Shown here one piece after another: positions 56,922-64,000 of a stretch of DNA of 64,000 nt. The position numbers were made by a program, and so were the translations under genes. Source of the DNA: a virus (taxonomy: Duplodnaviria > Caudoviricetes); IMG/VR virus record IMGVR_UViG_3300003962_000002, positions 15,229 to 79,228 of that record; one strand, given 5' to 3'. Positions within the stretch are counted from its first letter, which is position 1, and the number at the start of each line of letters is the position of its first letter. The notes below the pieces were generated by a model. The model was not told where the DNA came from and did not search any database. It saw only the letters and a list, made by a program, of their open reading frames with translations.

Positions 56922-58720
56922 TTATTTTCCTCGTTGGTCCCCGTTTTTGTTCTTCTGCTTAGAACTGTCTTCCGCATGTTTAGCTCTGTTATCGATCTTA
57001 GCTCCTGATGCTTCAGGGCCAGTTTCTTTTTTAGGAGAGCCGTCACGTTGCAAACCAGCACTATCAAAAGTCTTAGCTATATCCAACTCAATCTCTCCTT
57101 GAAATTTAGCATTTTCGGCCATTTCTTGTTGAGTTTTCTTTACAGCTTTTTTAATCTCTTCCTCAGACATCCACGGATATAATTGTTTGTAAGCATAGGT
57201 GTCGCCTGTTTGACGAATCTTTTGCTCAATTATAATCGTTTCCATTTGAGTCTTTGGGTCCATAGGAAAACGAGGTTCTATGTAAGTAATCTCTAAGGCC
57301 GCATTTTCAGAAAACTTCTTGTCTCCTGTTTTTTCATAATGCTTATTCCAGAGAGTCTTAATAACTTGAAATAACTGTTGTTCTCTTTCGTTGAAGAGTT
57401 GGCCTCTACGACGATTTTGATCGATAACTCCGGCTTTTTCCATCCACAAAGCAAATCCAGAAGGAGACACTTTATCTCTGTATTTAGGCATCAATCCGTG
57501 ATTAACTCGGATCATATCCGTCATACTTTCAATAGACTTCAACAAACCAGTAATATCGGCTTTGGGATGCTCAAACTTGAAGTCGCCTTTTTCACCCACA
57601 GCAATGGCAGTATCTGGTCCTAGAGAAAAACCTAAAGCATTAGCGTCAGCATTTCCATCCCTAAATACACCAAAACCTGCGTCGTAGTTTCTAAAAGCTC
57701 CACCGGCTCCCAAACCAGAAGTACCAGTCAATCCACCAAATCGAGACTGGGCTGTGCCGCCTCTCAACTGATTAAAGTCGTCTACTGGTCTGCCTTGACG
57801 ATTGTTTACAGGACGCTCAACTCCAGTAAGAACGGGAACTCCAAATGATTGGAATTTAGCTATGTGGTTAAGGTCTGTAATCCTCATATTTACAGCATGA
57901 TTTGCATAGATAAGAGGTTCATTAATTGGTAGAAAATAGTAATGGGCTGGGTCGGAGTTAAAGAACGGTACGGCTGGTATAATTCCGTATGGATTCTGTA
58001 CTTCGATCTCGCTTCCATCTCCAGAGATCTGTCTGTGTGCGGAAGGACTCCAATAAATCATGTTTACTGAGCCTACTGCGGCTTTTTGCTTTTCGTACTT
58101 CTTACCCTTGTTTACGTTGATATCATTTAAACCATACGTCGAAGGGTTAGGGACGTTTGCTCCAGTAGGTGTTTGGCCAGAAATACTACGAAGTCCAGGC
58201 CCATGGTAGCTGTTAAAGCCGCCGAATTTACTACCAAATCCAATAAGTAATTCGGTGATATAGTATGGAGAAGCTCCATGACGTATATCATATACGCCTC
58301 CGTGCATTAAGTCTAATTGAACTTGTCCACCGTCGTTCTTCTCTACCATATGTCCTGTGTTTTCGTCGATAAAAGAAACTTTTACCAACACAGTACCTAG
58401 TAGTTTAGTCCAACGATCAAGCTTATCCATAGTCATCAAATAACGACTATGCTTCATCACCTCTTCCCAAAGCTTTTGATCTTTAGTTAGAGTTTTTCCT
58501 GTTTCTCTGTCATATACTCTGTAAATAGGTTTTTCTTTGTAAAGTATAGACGTATCATCTATAATTTCTTTAGTCAAATTTACAGGTAGGATTTGTTGCT
58601 TTTCTGGATTACGAAATTCTCGTACCAAATCCAACCACACGAATTCATCTTGGCGTCCTTCATAGAAAGCCAAAGCAATCTCAGTTATCCACTGACGATA
58701 GTACGCATCTTCATACAGGT
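56922..58720 (-). CDS. Portal protein, exon 2
   Basis: INLTKEIIDD.S.LY.E.P, G.V.VKV, IPAVPF, A..N..ITDL....KFQSFG, I.Y....P.D (SPP1-portal-like); frame extends upstream of the track start as YLYEDAYYRQWITEIA. Confidence 0.85.
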
Positions 58721-59018
58721 CGCTTATACTTTATGTTTCCACAAAGGCTAGACTATATCATCACCCTCGTCATAACACGTTAGGGGTCGGGCGCTCTCGG
58801 AACCGTTTATTGTTGGGACTCACGGCCTAGTCGTTGAACCTTTACAGCTACTTTTATTCCCGGCTGCACTTGGCTGCTGATTGCCCAATTTTCGATTTTT
58901 TCAAACTTTCACGATTGTCGTTGCCAACTGCGTTGTAGTAATCGAAACTCTAAGGGGTTTCCAGCAATTCACCCGATTTTACTATTTTCAACTTTCGTCG
59001 AAAAGGAATTCATAATTT
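58721..59018 (-). ncRNA. Group I self-splicing intron (298 nt, ORF-less, IA-like) in the portal gene
   Basis: P AATTGCTGGAAA (58958-69), Q AATCAGCAG (58874-82), R GTTCAACGACTA (58828-39), S GATATAGTC (58751-59); P1 GGAATTT/GAATTCC with U.G at the 5' splice site; P3 TCGGGTG/CGCCCGA; P9 CTTTGTG-GAAA-CATAAAG; terminal G; splicing restores the frame. Confidence 0.92.
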
Positions 59019-59088
59019 AAATTCCGATTGAAGCCAATCCACCTAATCTACTGGTTGGGTGGTTGGAAATTCCTAAATTAAAACTCAA
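59019..59088 (-). CDS. Portal protein, exon 1 (MSFNLGISNHPTSRLGGLASIGI + T)
   Basis: AAGGAGG RBS then TTG at 59088; 70 nt joins exon 2 in frame (ATT T|AC CTG = I Y L). Confidence 0.85.
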
Positions 59089-59090
59089 GG

Positions 59091-59508
59091 TTACCCTCCT
59101 TTTTGTCTTTTAGGACACCAATTACTTATATTATTAGCCATGCTCCTCTTTCTATCCAAAAATATTAAAGCATCATCGTACAGAAATTTTATAATATTTT
59201 TTGCGGGTTCGGCAGATTTTCTAAAATAGTACACATTGCTTTTACAATGTTTTGTTATTTTTGTAGTATTTAAATTTAAGGCTTTATTTATGAAATTAGA
59301 TACATACTCTACAACAAAAATATTTCCACACAAAGAGAATGTCGGTTTTCATAAACCTACAAAATTTATATAAATGTTCTACGTCTTTTTCAGCAAGACT
59401 AATTTGCAACAAATGCTGATAATTATTAACATTTCTATAAACATTGCCATCGGAAACGATAAACCCTAACCAATAAGCCTTTTCTTCAGTGTCTATTGTT
59501 TCCTCGGT
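59091..59508 (-). pseudogene. Degenerate free-standing LAGLIDADG homing endonuclease
   Basis: IDTEEKAYWLGFIVSDG (motif 1) in 59296-59508 with no valid start; C-terminal FLYDDALIFLDRK in another frame (59091-59333); second LAGLIDADG motif absent. Confidence 0.85.
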
Positions 59509-59513
59509 TTACA

Positions 59514-59546
59514 ACTCCTTAGGACACGATTAATATCCTAAGGAGT
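59514..59546. promoter_or_regulatory. Perfect 11-bp hairpin that buries the AAGGAG RBS of the endonuclease gene
   Basis: ACTCCTTAGGA-11nt-TCCTAAGGAGT. Confidence 0.65.
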
Positions 59547-59555
59547 GCTTGTGGA

Positions 59556-59768
59556 TTATGTGCGATCAGGGCCTTTGTGGGCTGATGCAGGCTTGCCTTT
59601 GGCTTTACCCGGCTTGTCGTTTGCTGCGCTATAGTCCGTTTCAGAACCGTCGCCCAGTTTCATTTCTTGAGGAACTCCAGGTTGCATGGAATTCATTTGA
59701 TCTACTTTTTTACCATGTGCGGGCAAATTAGCTGCCCCTTTTACTCGACGACCAGTACGCTGTGCCAT
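59556..59768 (-). CDS. Small basic, low-complexity protein
   Basis: AGGAG RBS; K/R/G/P-rich. Confidence 0.7.
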   Translation of the reverse strand: MAQRTGRRVKGAANLPAHGKKVDQMNSMQPGVPQEMKLGDGSETDYSAANDKPGKAKGKPASAHKGPDRT

Positions 59769-59787
59769 TTTAAACTCCTTGTGGCTC

Positions 59788-59994
59788 TTACTTTTTACCA
59801 GTAAGATTGTGGTTAAATTCTTTCACATCAATAGTTTCTTTAGGAACTCCAAGAAACCCTGTTTGACTACCTTTAATTGTTTCGCTTTGTTTTAAGATCT
59901 CTCCTACTGCAAAAGCAAAAGAATTTCCGACGCTTGTATCAGGGGGATTTCCTACCTGAGGACTCTTTCCTCTGTTTCTTTTTTTAGAAGCCAT
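59788..59994 (-). CDS. Small protein with basic N-terminus
   Basis: TAATG overlap; MASKKRNRGK. Confidence 0.65.
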   Translation of the reverse strand: MASKKRNRGKSPQVGNPPDTSVGNSFAFAVGEILKQSETIKGSQTGFLGVPKETIDVKEFNHNLTGKK

Positions 59995-60215
59995 TACTTA
60001 TATCCTTGTTTTTTAAGCCAATTTTCAGCAAAGTTATTAATCGCTTCCATGCGCTCAGTATAAGATTTTTTATTATACTTATCATTTTCTTCAGCGCCAC
60101 GAAATTCTAAAAACAAAGCTGCATACAAAGCATTCAAAGTTTCTGTATTTTTGGCTATCTCTGGCAATTCATTTAAGTTTATTTTAAATAAACGATTTTG
60201 CCTATACACTAACAT
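59994..60215 (-). CDS. Hypothetical protein
   Basis: 73 aa in operon. Confidence 0.65.
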   Translation of the reverse strand: MLVYRQNRLFKINLNELPEIAKNTETLNALYAALFLEFRGAEENDKYNKKSYTERMEAINNFAENWLKKQGYK

Positions 60216-60217
60216 AA

Positions 60218-60544
60218 TTATGCCGTCGCTGCAATAGCTAATCTTCCAGTACCGCCAGTTCTAGTAACCTTAATAGCATTAAAATTATGAGTACTATAAG
60301 TTACTGGAGTATTTGCTGTAAATGCTGTAGAACCAAAAAAATCTTGACCATTGACAGAAAACTCTACGGTGCCTGCTAAATCACCAGTAGACTGAACAGT
60401 AACTCTGGACATCCCACCAGCCATCTTAAGTACTTCTACAGTAACAGAAGCACTTAGCTCCTCAGTATACTCTCTTTGTCCAGATGCTATGTTTTGACGA
60501 ACTTGTTGTACGTCTTTTTTAGTATAACCTTTTTGTGCTGCCAT
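60218..60544 (-). CDS. Small beta-sandwich virion protein (putative)
   Basis: RVTVQSTGDLAGTVEFSVNGQDF. Confidence 0.65.
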   Translation of the reverse strand: MAAQKGYTKKDVQQVRQNIASGQREYTEELSASVTVEVLKMAGGMSRVTVQSTGDLAGTVEFSVNGQDFFGSTAFTANTPVTYSTHNFNAIKVTRTGGTGRLAIAATA

Positions 60545-60547
60545 ATA

Positions 60548-62164
60548 TTAAAATCCTCCTACGATCGAAACGTGTTGATTTCTGTCGTGGAAAAGCCATA
60601 CAAGTAAATATCGTAGGGCGTCGATTAATCCTTCGTAACCTTCTGGCGTTTCTTCGTAGTCTTCTTTTAGGCCGCCGTTTTTCGACTTTTGGAACTTGGC
60701 GGTACTTAAAGCATAAATTAAATTAGGACAGTTGCTAGAGATAAACAGTTTGGGTACAGTTTGTTGTGTACCGTCCTCTTTTATAATAGGTCTCCCATAA
60801 GCGTCAAATTCAGGAAACTGCAACCACTGCCTAATCATGTTGGAGCCTGTTTCTCTGTCTTGCTTTAACCCTACCGGGAATTTTCCAAAAGAAGCTTTCA
60901 TGTCGTCCCAGGCAGTTCTACCACTCAACTGTACCTGCTTACCGGAGATATCAGCAACTATATCTCTTATTTTGATCTCTCTAAAAAAAGATACTGGTTT
61001 CTGCTCTTGCTCCCAAACTTTCATTGCCAACCTACTTAACTCGTTCTGTTTATTAAGTATTTGTTGACCTTGCATCAGTGGGGTGGTTTTTGGAGTAAAC
61101 AATTCATCAAAAATGACCACATCATTAAATTTGTTTACTTGTGCAAATAGAGTTGATGCTGGTTTAGCGAAGTTAAAGTCGCAGGCTGCATAAACCGCAC
61201 CTTCGTCTGGATGCCACTTGTAGTTAATGACGGATGGAAATTTGTTTACGTCGTCTTTTTCCATAATAAATCCAGGAAAACACATATCAGAAACGGCTTC
61301 AAAATCAGCAAGATATTCTTGTTTAAACTGGACTACTTTTCCGTTATTTATCGCCTCTCTATAGCTTTTGTCAACTTCTTGTTTTGATAATTCTGGGGTT
61401 GCTGCTAAAAGAGGGTTGTCGTAACTGGTTTGTCTAAAAGAACTCCACTCGGTCATGTCGTCGTCGATACCTAGTTTTTCATCAACCATTATATCGATTT
61501 CGCCGGTTCTCTGTCTTGTTCCTTTTTGTCCCATTAGGAACAGTTTGTAGAAACCATTTCTACCACGAGGAGTACTAATAAATATGGCACTACCGCTCTT
61601 ATCCAAAAGAGTCGGCTTTAGCATCTGAGACCAAATATCGTATAAAGAAGGTTCGAGTGCCGCTTCGTCTACAATCAAAAGATCCAAGGCTTCACCAGCT
61701 AATGAATCCGGATTTTCCATGGACTTAGCTTCTAGTACCGATCCCCAGGGAGTCTCAAGATAATACTCCCCCTTCTGGTTTCTGGCTCTACCACCATTAG
61801 GTTTATTAGGTTTAATTATCTTTAATTGATGTACTAAGATGGTATATAACTCTCTAAAGACTTTTTCACACAAGGAGTAATCTTTAGAAACTATCCACAC
61901 TCGTCTTCTAGGTTGCATCAGTACTGCTAAAGCCACCAAAACAGTGATAAGTGTTTTTCCCCACCTTCGACCGCAAGCCAACACTTTATATCGGGCTGGA
62001 TCAGCAATAACTTCTAGATGCCCTTTGTGCAGGGGTTGTATTATTTTACCTTGTGAGGTTCTTATTTTCTTTTCGTGTAGAAAATTAGCCAAGGCTTCAA
62101 TATCTAATGTATGAATCCTTAGAGGTTTACCTTCTTGGTTATAATCTACGTCCTGTATACTCAT
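60548..62164 (-). CDS. terL: Terminase large subunit
   Basis: Walker A CGRRWGKT, LAGEALDLLIVDEAA (Walker B), ISTPRG.NGFY, FKQEYLADF, RuvC-like ACDFNF and DALRY. Confidence 0.95.
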   Translation of the reverse strand: MSIQDVDYNQEGKPLRIHTLDIEALANFLHEKKIRTSQGKIIQPLHKGHLEVIADPARYKVLACGRRWGKTLITVLVALAVLMQPRRRVWIVSKDYSLCEKVFRELYTILVHQLKIIKPNKPNGGRARNQKGEYYLETPWGSVLEAKSMENPDSLAGEALDLLIVDEAALEPSLYDIWSQMLKPTLLDKSGSAIFISTPRGRNGFYKLFLMGQKGTRQRTGEIDIMVDEKLGIDDDMTEWSSFRQTSYDNPLLAATPELSKQEVDKSYREAINNGKVVQFKQEYLADFEAVSDMCFPGFIMEKDDVNKFPSVINYKWHPDEGAVYAACDFNFAKPASTLFAQVNKFNDVVIFDELFTPKTTPLMQGQQILNKQNELSRLAMKVWEQEQKPVSFFREIKIRDIVADISGKQVQLSGRTAWDDMKASFGKFPVGLKQDRETGSNMIRQWLQFPEFDAYGRPIIKEDGTQQTVPKLFISSNCPNLIYALSTAKFQKSKNGGLKEDYEETPEGYEGLIDALRYLLVWLFHDRNQHVSIVGGF

Positions 62165-62167
62165 TAG

Positions 62168-62695
62168 TTACTTCTTGTTACCGTGAATAATACTATTAAT
62201 CTCTCTAAATTGATCAACAACTTCGCTGGTTTGATTCCCTTTTTCTTGGTAGTCTCCAGATAGGGTTAACCAGATTTTTGCTGCGTTTGTGTTTCCGTCT
62301 GTGGCTTGTTCGAACAAAGAGTCGATTATTCTTTGTCTTTTTTGTTGGGTGAATAGTCCTGTGGATCTTACCTTGCTCCACACCGCCTCTTCCCAACCTT
62401 TTTTCTTCCGCCACTTGCTGATGCTAACTCGTGATGGTAAAGCTTCATGTAAAAGGGATTTTAGCTCTAAGTCATCGAAATATTTAGCATTTATCTCTGC
62501 TGCCATCATCTCCACTAATTTTTCGTTGGATGGCGTCTTTTCTTTGCTAACTAAAAAAGTAGACTCGATCTCTTGTAGAATTTGTTCTAAGATATTCCAT
62601 TCAGAGTCTTCTTGAAGCTTTTCTAATCTCTTTCTAGCTAGGATCTTATCTTGAGATTTATCAAGCATTTCTTGGCGTTTAGAATCATCAACCAT
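62168..62695 (-). CDS. Terminase small subunit (putative)
   Basis: Directly upstream of terL; HTH-like ISKWRKK then L...A..GN..AAKIWL..SG. Confidence 0.65.
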   Translation of the reverse strand: MVDDSKRQEMLDKSQDKILARKRLEKLQEDSEWNILEQILQEIESTFLVSKEKTPSNEKLVEMMAAEINAKYFDDLELKSLLHEALPSRVSISKWRKKKGWEEAVWSKVRSTGLFTQQKRQRIIDSLFEQATDGNTNAAKIWLTLSGDYQEKGNQTSEVVDQFREINSIIHGNKK

Positions 62696-62943
62696 TATTT
62701 ACCTCGACGCCTAGACTTTCCTTCGTTGACTTGTTTTGGTTTGGTCTCTTTTGGAACTTCTAGATCAATATAAGTGATTTCCAACATCTCTGGATTGGTT
62801 CGGAAACTCTTCTTACCTTTTGATTTCTTTACAGAATACTCGCAAATAGAAGCCATACAAAACCTTGGTTTTTGGTCGGCCCACTCTGCTGGCAATTCTT
62901 TATTCCATCCACAACACTTGCAACGATATTTAATTTTTTTCAT
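62695..62943 (-). CDS. Small zinc-ribbon protein
   Basis: CKCCG...FC...C; AAGG RBS. Confidence 0.65.
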   Translation of the reverse strand: MKKIKYRCKCCGWNKELPAEWADQKPRFCMASICEYSVKKSKGKKSFRTNPEMLEITYIDLEVPKETKPKQVNEGKSRRRGK

Positions 62944-63004
62944 ACTGCCTTAATTGACTTTCTATATTTTTAGTTTAACATCTACCCCTAATGTCAAATA
63001 TCTA

Positions 63005-63178
63005 AAAATGAGGAGAGAAGAAGTGGTCGTTGGATCTGACCAGGACTTCTTCTCGGACTCTCACAGGGAAGGCTATATAGTAGGTTGCTACGTGCCAGTC
63101 AGAACTGAAGCTCTCATTTTACACATTCAAAGAGTGGGAGGCCATTTTCTACTGTAGAGATAGTTGCCCTACGCATTT
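63005..63178. ncRNA. Candidate structured RNA / structured leader
   Basis: GC-richer intergenic segment; AAAATGAG/CTCATTTT closing stem; GAGAAGAAGT/ACTTCTTCTC plus GGTC/GACC; GACT/AGTC, GGC/GCC, TAG/CTA; GTAGAG/CCCTAC. Confidence 0.45.
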
Positions 63179-63181
63179 AAA

Positions 63182-63200
63182 ATAGTATACACTATGTCAA
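63182..63200 (-). promoter_or_regulatory. Putative late promoter copy (TTGACATAGTGTATACTAT)
   Basis: Intergenic at the head of the packaging/head operon; matches the 4-copy motif. Confidence 0.65.
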
Positions 63201-63203
63201 TTT

Positions 63204-63464
63204 TTAACCGTATAATAAGCGCATAATTATGTGATTATTTTTTCCTATTTCCTTTGTTTCGAATTTCTCGAACGACGAAATATCTATGTATCTATTTGTA
63301 ATTACTTCGTTTTTTGGAGCCACACAGGTTATAGTTACTCCTGTTATCCTCTCTTCCACATTAGAAATAAAAAACTTAAAATCTTCAAATCTAGCCAAAT
63401 ACCAACTGTTGTCGACTAGTAGATAAAAGGTTGACTTTCTTCTTTTACCTTTCAAATCTATCAC
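63204..63464 (-). CDS. Hypothetical protein
   Basis: 86 aa, overlapping-stop coupling. Confidence 0.6.
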   Translation of the reverse strand: MIDLKGKRRKSTFYLLVDNSWYLARFEDFKFFISNVEERITGVTITCVAPKNEVITNRYIDISSFEKFETKEIGKNNHIIMRLLYG

Positions 63465-63649
63465 AAACTGATCCTATAAATCATAAACCCTATCAGGATC
63501 ACACAAAAAACCACACTAATCAAACTACAAGTAAAATTAAAAACATTAGACTTATCCATGTTTCTAAAAGACATCAGCCACCTTGGTTTTGTAATCTTAT
63601 GTTCTGGAAATTTAAGGAGTTTTCCTGGTTTCTTCATATCATCGCTCAT
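63461..63649 (-). CDS. Small membrane protein
   Basis: C-terminal hydrophobic helix. Confidence 0.6.
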   Translation of the reverse strand: MSDDMKKPGKLLKFPEHKITKPRWLMSFRNMDKSNVFNFTCSLISVVFCVILIGFMIYRISL

Positions 63650-63827
63650 AGTGTTTTAGGTTTATGATGCGAACTTTTGCGTAGATAAACTTGGGAACTT
63701 CTTCTGCAAAAAGGTCCACATCCTCGTCAATTAAACAAATCAAAGCTTCATCAGTATTAATATAACTATCGAAAAAGTATACTCTTTCTCGATATTTTAC
63801 TATGTCACCTGGAGAGAATTTATCCAT
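63639..63827 (-). CDS. Hypothetical protein (SH3-like FSPGDIV)
   Basis: GGAGG RBS. Confidence 0.7.
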   Translation of the reverse strand: MDKFSPGDIVKYRERVYFFDSYINTDEALICLIDEDVDLFAEEVPKFIYAKVRIINLKHYER

Positions 63828-63846
63828 ATCGACCTCCAGTTGGTAA

Positions 63847-63964
63847 TATATAACATCTTTTTATTATATGTCAATATCAATTAATGAATTATTTTGGTAT
63901 TATATAATATCATGATTTTGTTGATATTATATGATATTGACTTATTTATTAATAATGTTATATA
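63847..63964. promoter_or_regulatory. Divergent pair of sigma70-like promoters with nested inverted repeats
   Basis: Minus TGATATTGACA-13nt-TGTTATATA (63879 to 63847) mirrors plus TGATATTGACT-13nt-TGTTATATA (63932-63964); inner IR ATATAATATCA/TGATATTATAT (63902-12/63922-32). Confidence 0.6.
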
Positions 63965-64000
63965 AATATTATATTATAATTATATATAATATTATTAATT

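Noticed and set aside
58671-58673. Track start of the portal ORF (TTG, MAFYEGRQ)
   Set aside because: No RBS; the frame continues upstream and the intron model supplies a proper start at 59088
58727-58730. Alternative 3' splice site after ...CATAAAG|TATAAG
   Set aside because: That G is part of the P9 stem, has no P9.0 partner, and does not restore the frame with the U.G-defined 5' site
62954-63157. 67-aa plus-strand ORF in the intergenic region
   Set aside because: TTG start without RBS, opposite to the operon; overlaps the structured segment better explained as RNA
1-64000. CRISPR arrays, tRNA genes, integrase, inteins, alternative genetic code
   Set aside because: No regularly spaced direct repeats, cloverleaf/T-loop signatures, recombinase motifs or intein motifs recognised; long genes are intact in the standard code and TAG, TGA and TAA are all used as stops

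Overview
The window is a 64 kb piece of a large, AT-rich tailed dsDNA phage with a contractile (myovirus-type) tail. It reads in the standard genetic code. The host is unknown; the lipobox-bearing genes suggest a Gram-negative bacterium. About 1-11.1 kb (+ strand) is an early/middle nucleotide-metabolism and accessory block: ATP-dependent DNA ligase, a PRPP-synthetase-like plus Nampt-like pair with the gene architecture of the NARP1 NAD+ reconstitution anti-defence pathway, a DUF5664-like dATP/dGTP diphosphohydrolase, GIY-YIG nuclease, NadR-like P-loop protein, ThyX, a PNK-like kinase, an Rmf-like protein and lipoproteins. It ends at back-to-back terminators. About 11.2-63.8 kb (- strand) is the late block. 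Read from the right end it holds terminase small/large, portal, scaffold, major capsid, putative head accessory proteins, head-tail and tail completion proteins, sheath, three tube paralogues, a tail chaperone with a -1 frameshift, tape measure, baseplate, many fibre/receptor-binding genes, and an M15 endolysin with a ferritin-like neighbour. A short + strand island (three genes, two of them lipoproteins) interrupts it at 13.6-14.5 kb. Features the ORF track misses: (1) a 298-nt ORF-less group I intron that splits the portal gene, with both splice sites resolvable and an in-frame spliced product of 622 aa; (2) an adjacent free-standing, internally deleted LAGLIDADG gene whose RBS is buried in a hairpin, and a second deleted HNH remnant; (3) a 19-bp motif TTG-N5-G-KGTATACTAT in four copies on the late strand, a likely late promoter; (4) nested domain insertions in the 1535-aa baseplate wedge protein; (5) a GC-richer structured intergenic segment just downstream of the first late-promoter motif; (6) a symmetric divergent sigma70-like promoter pair at the right end. 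No CRISPR array, tRNA, integrase or reverse transcriptase was recognised. All family assignments come from motif recognition by eye, not database searches.
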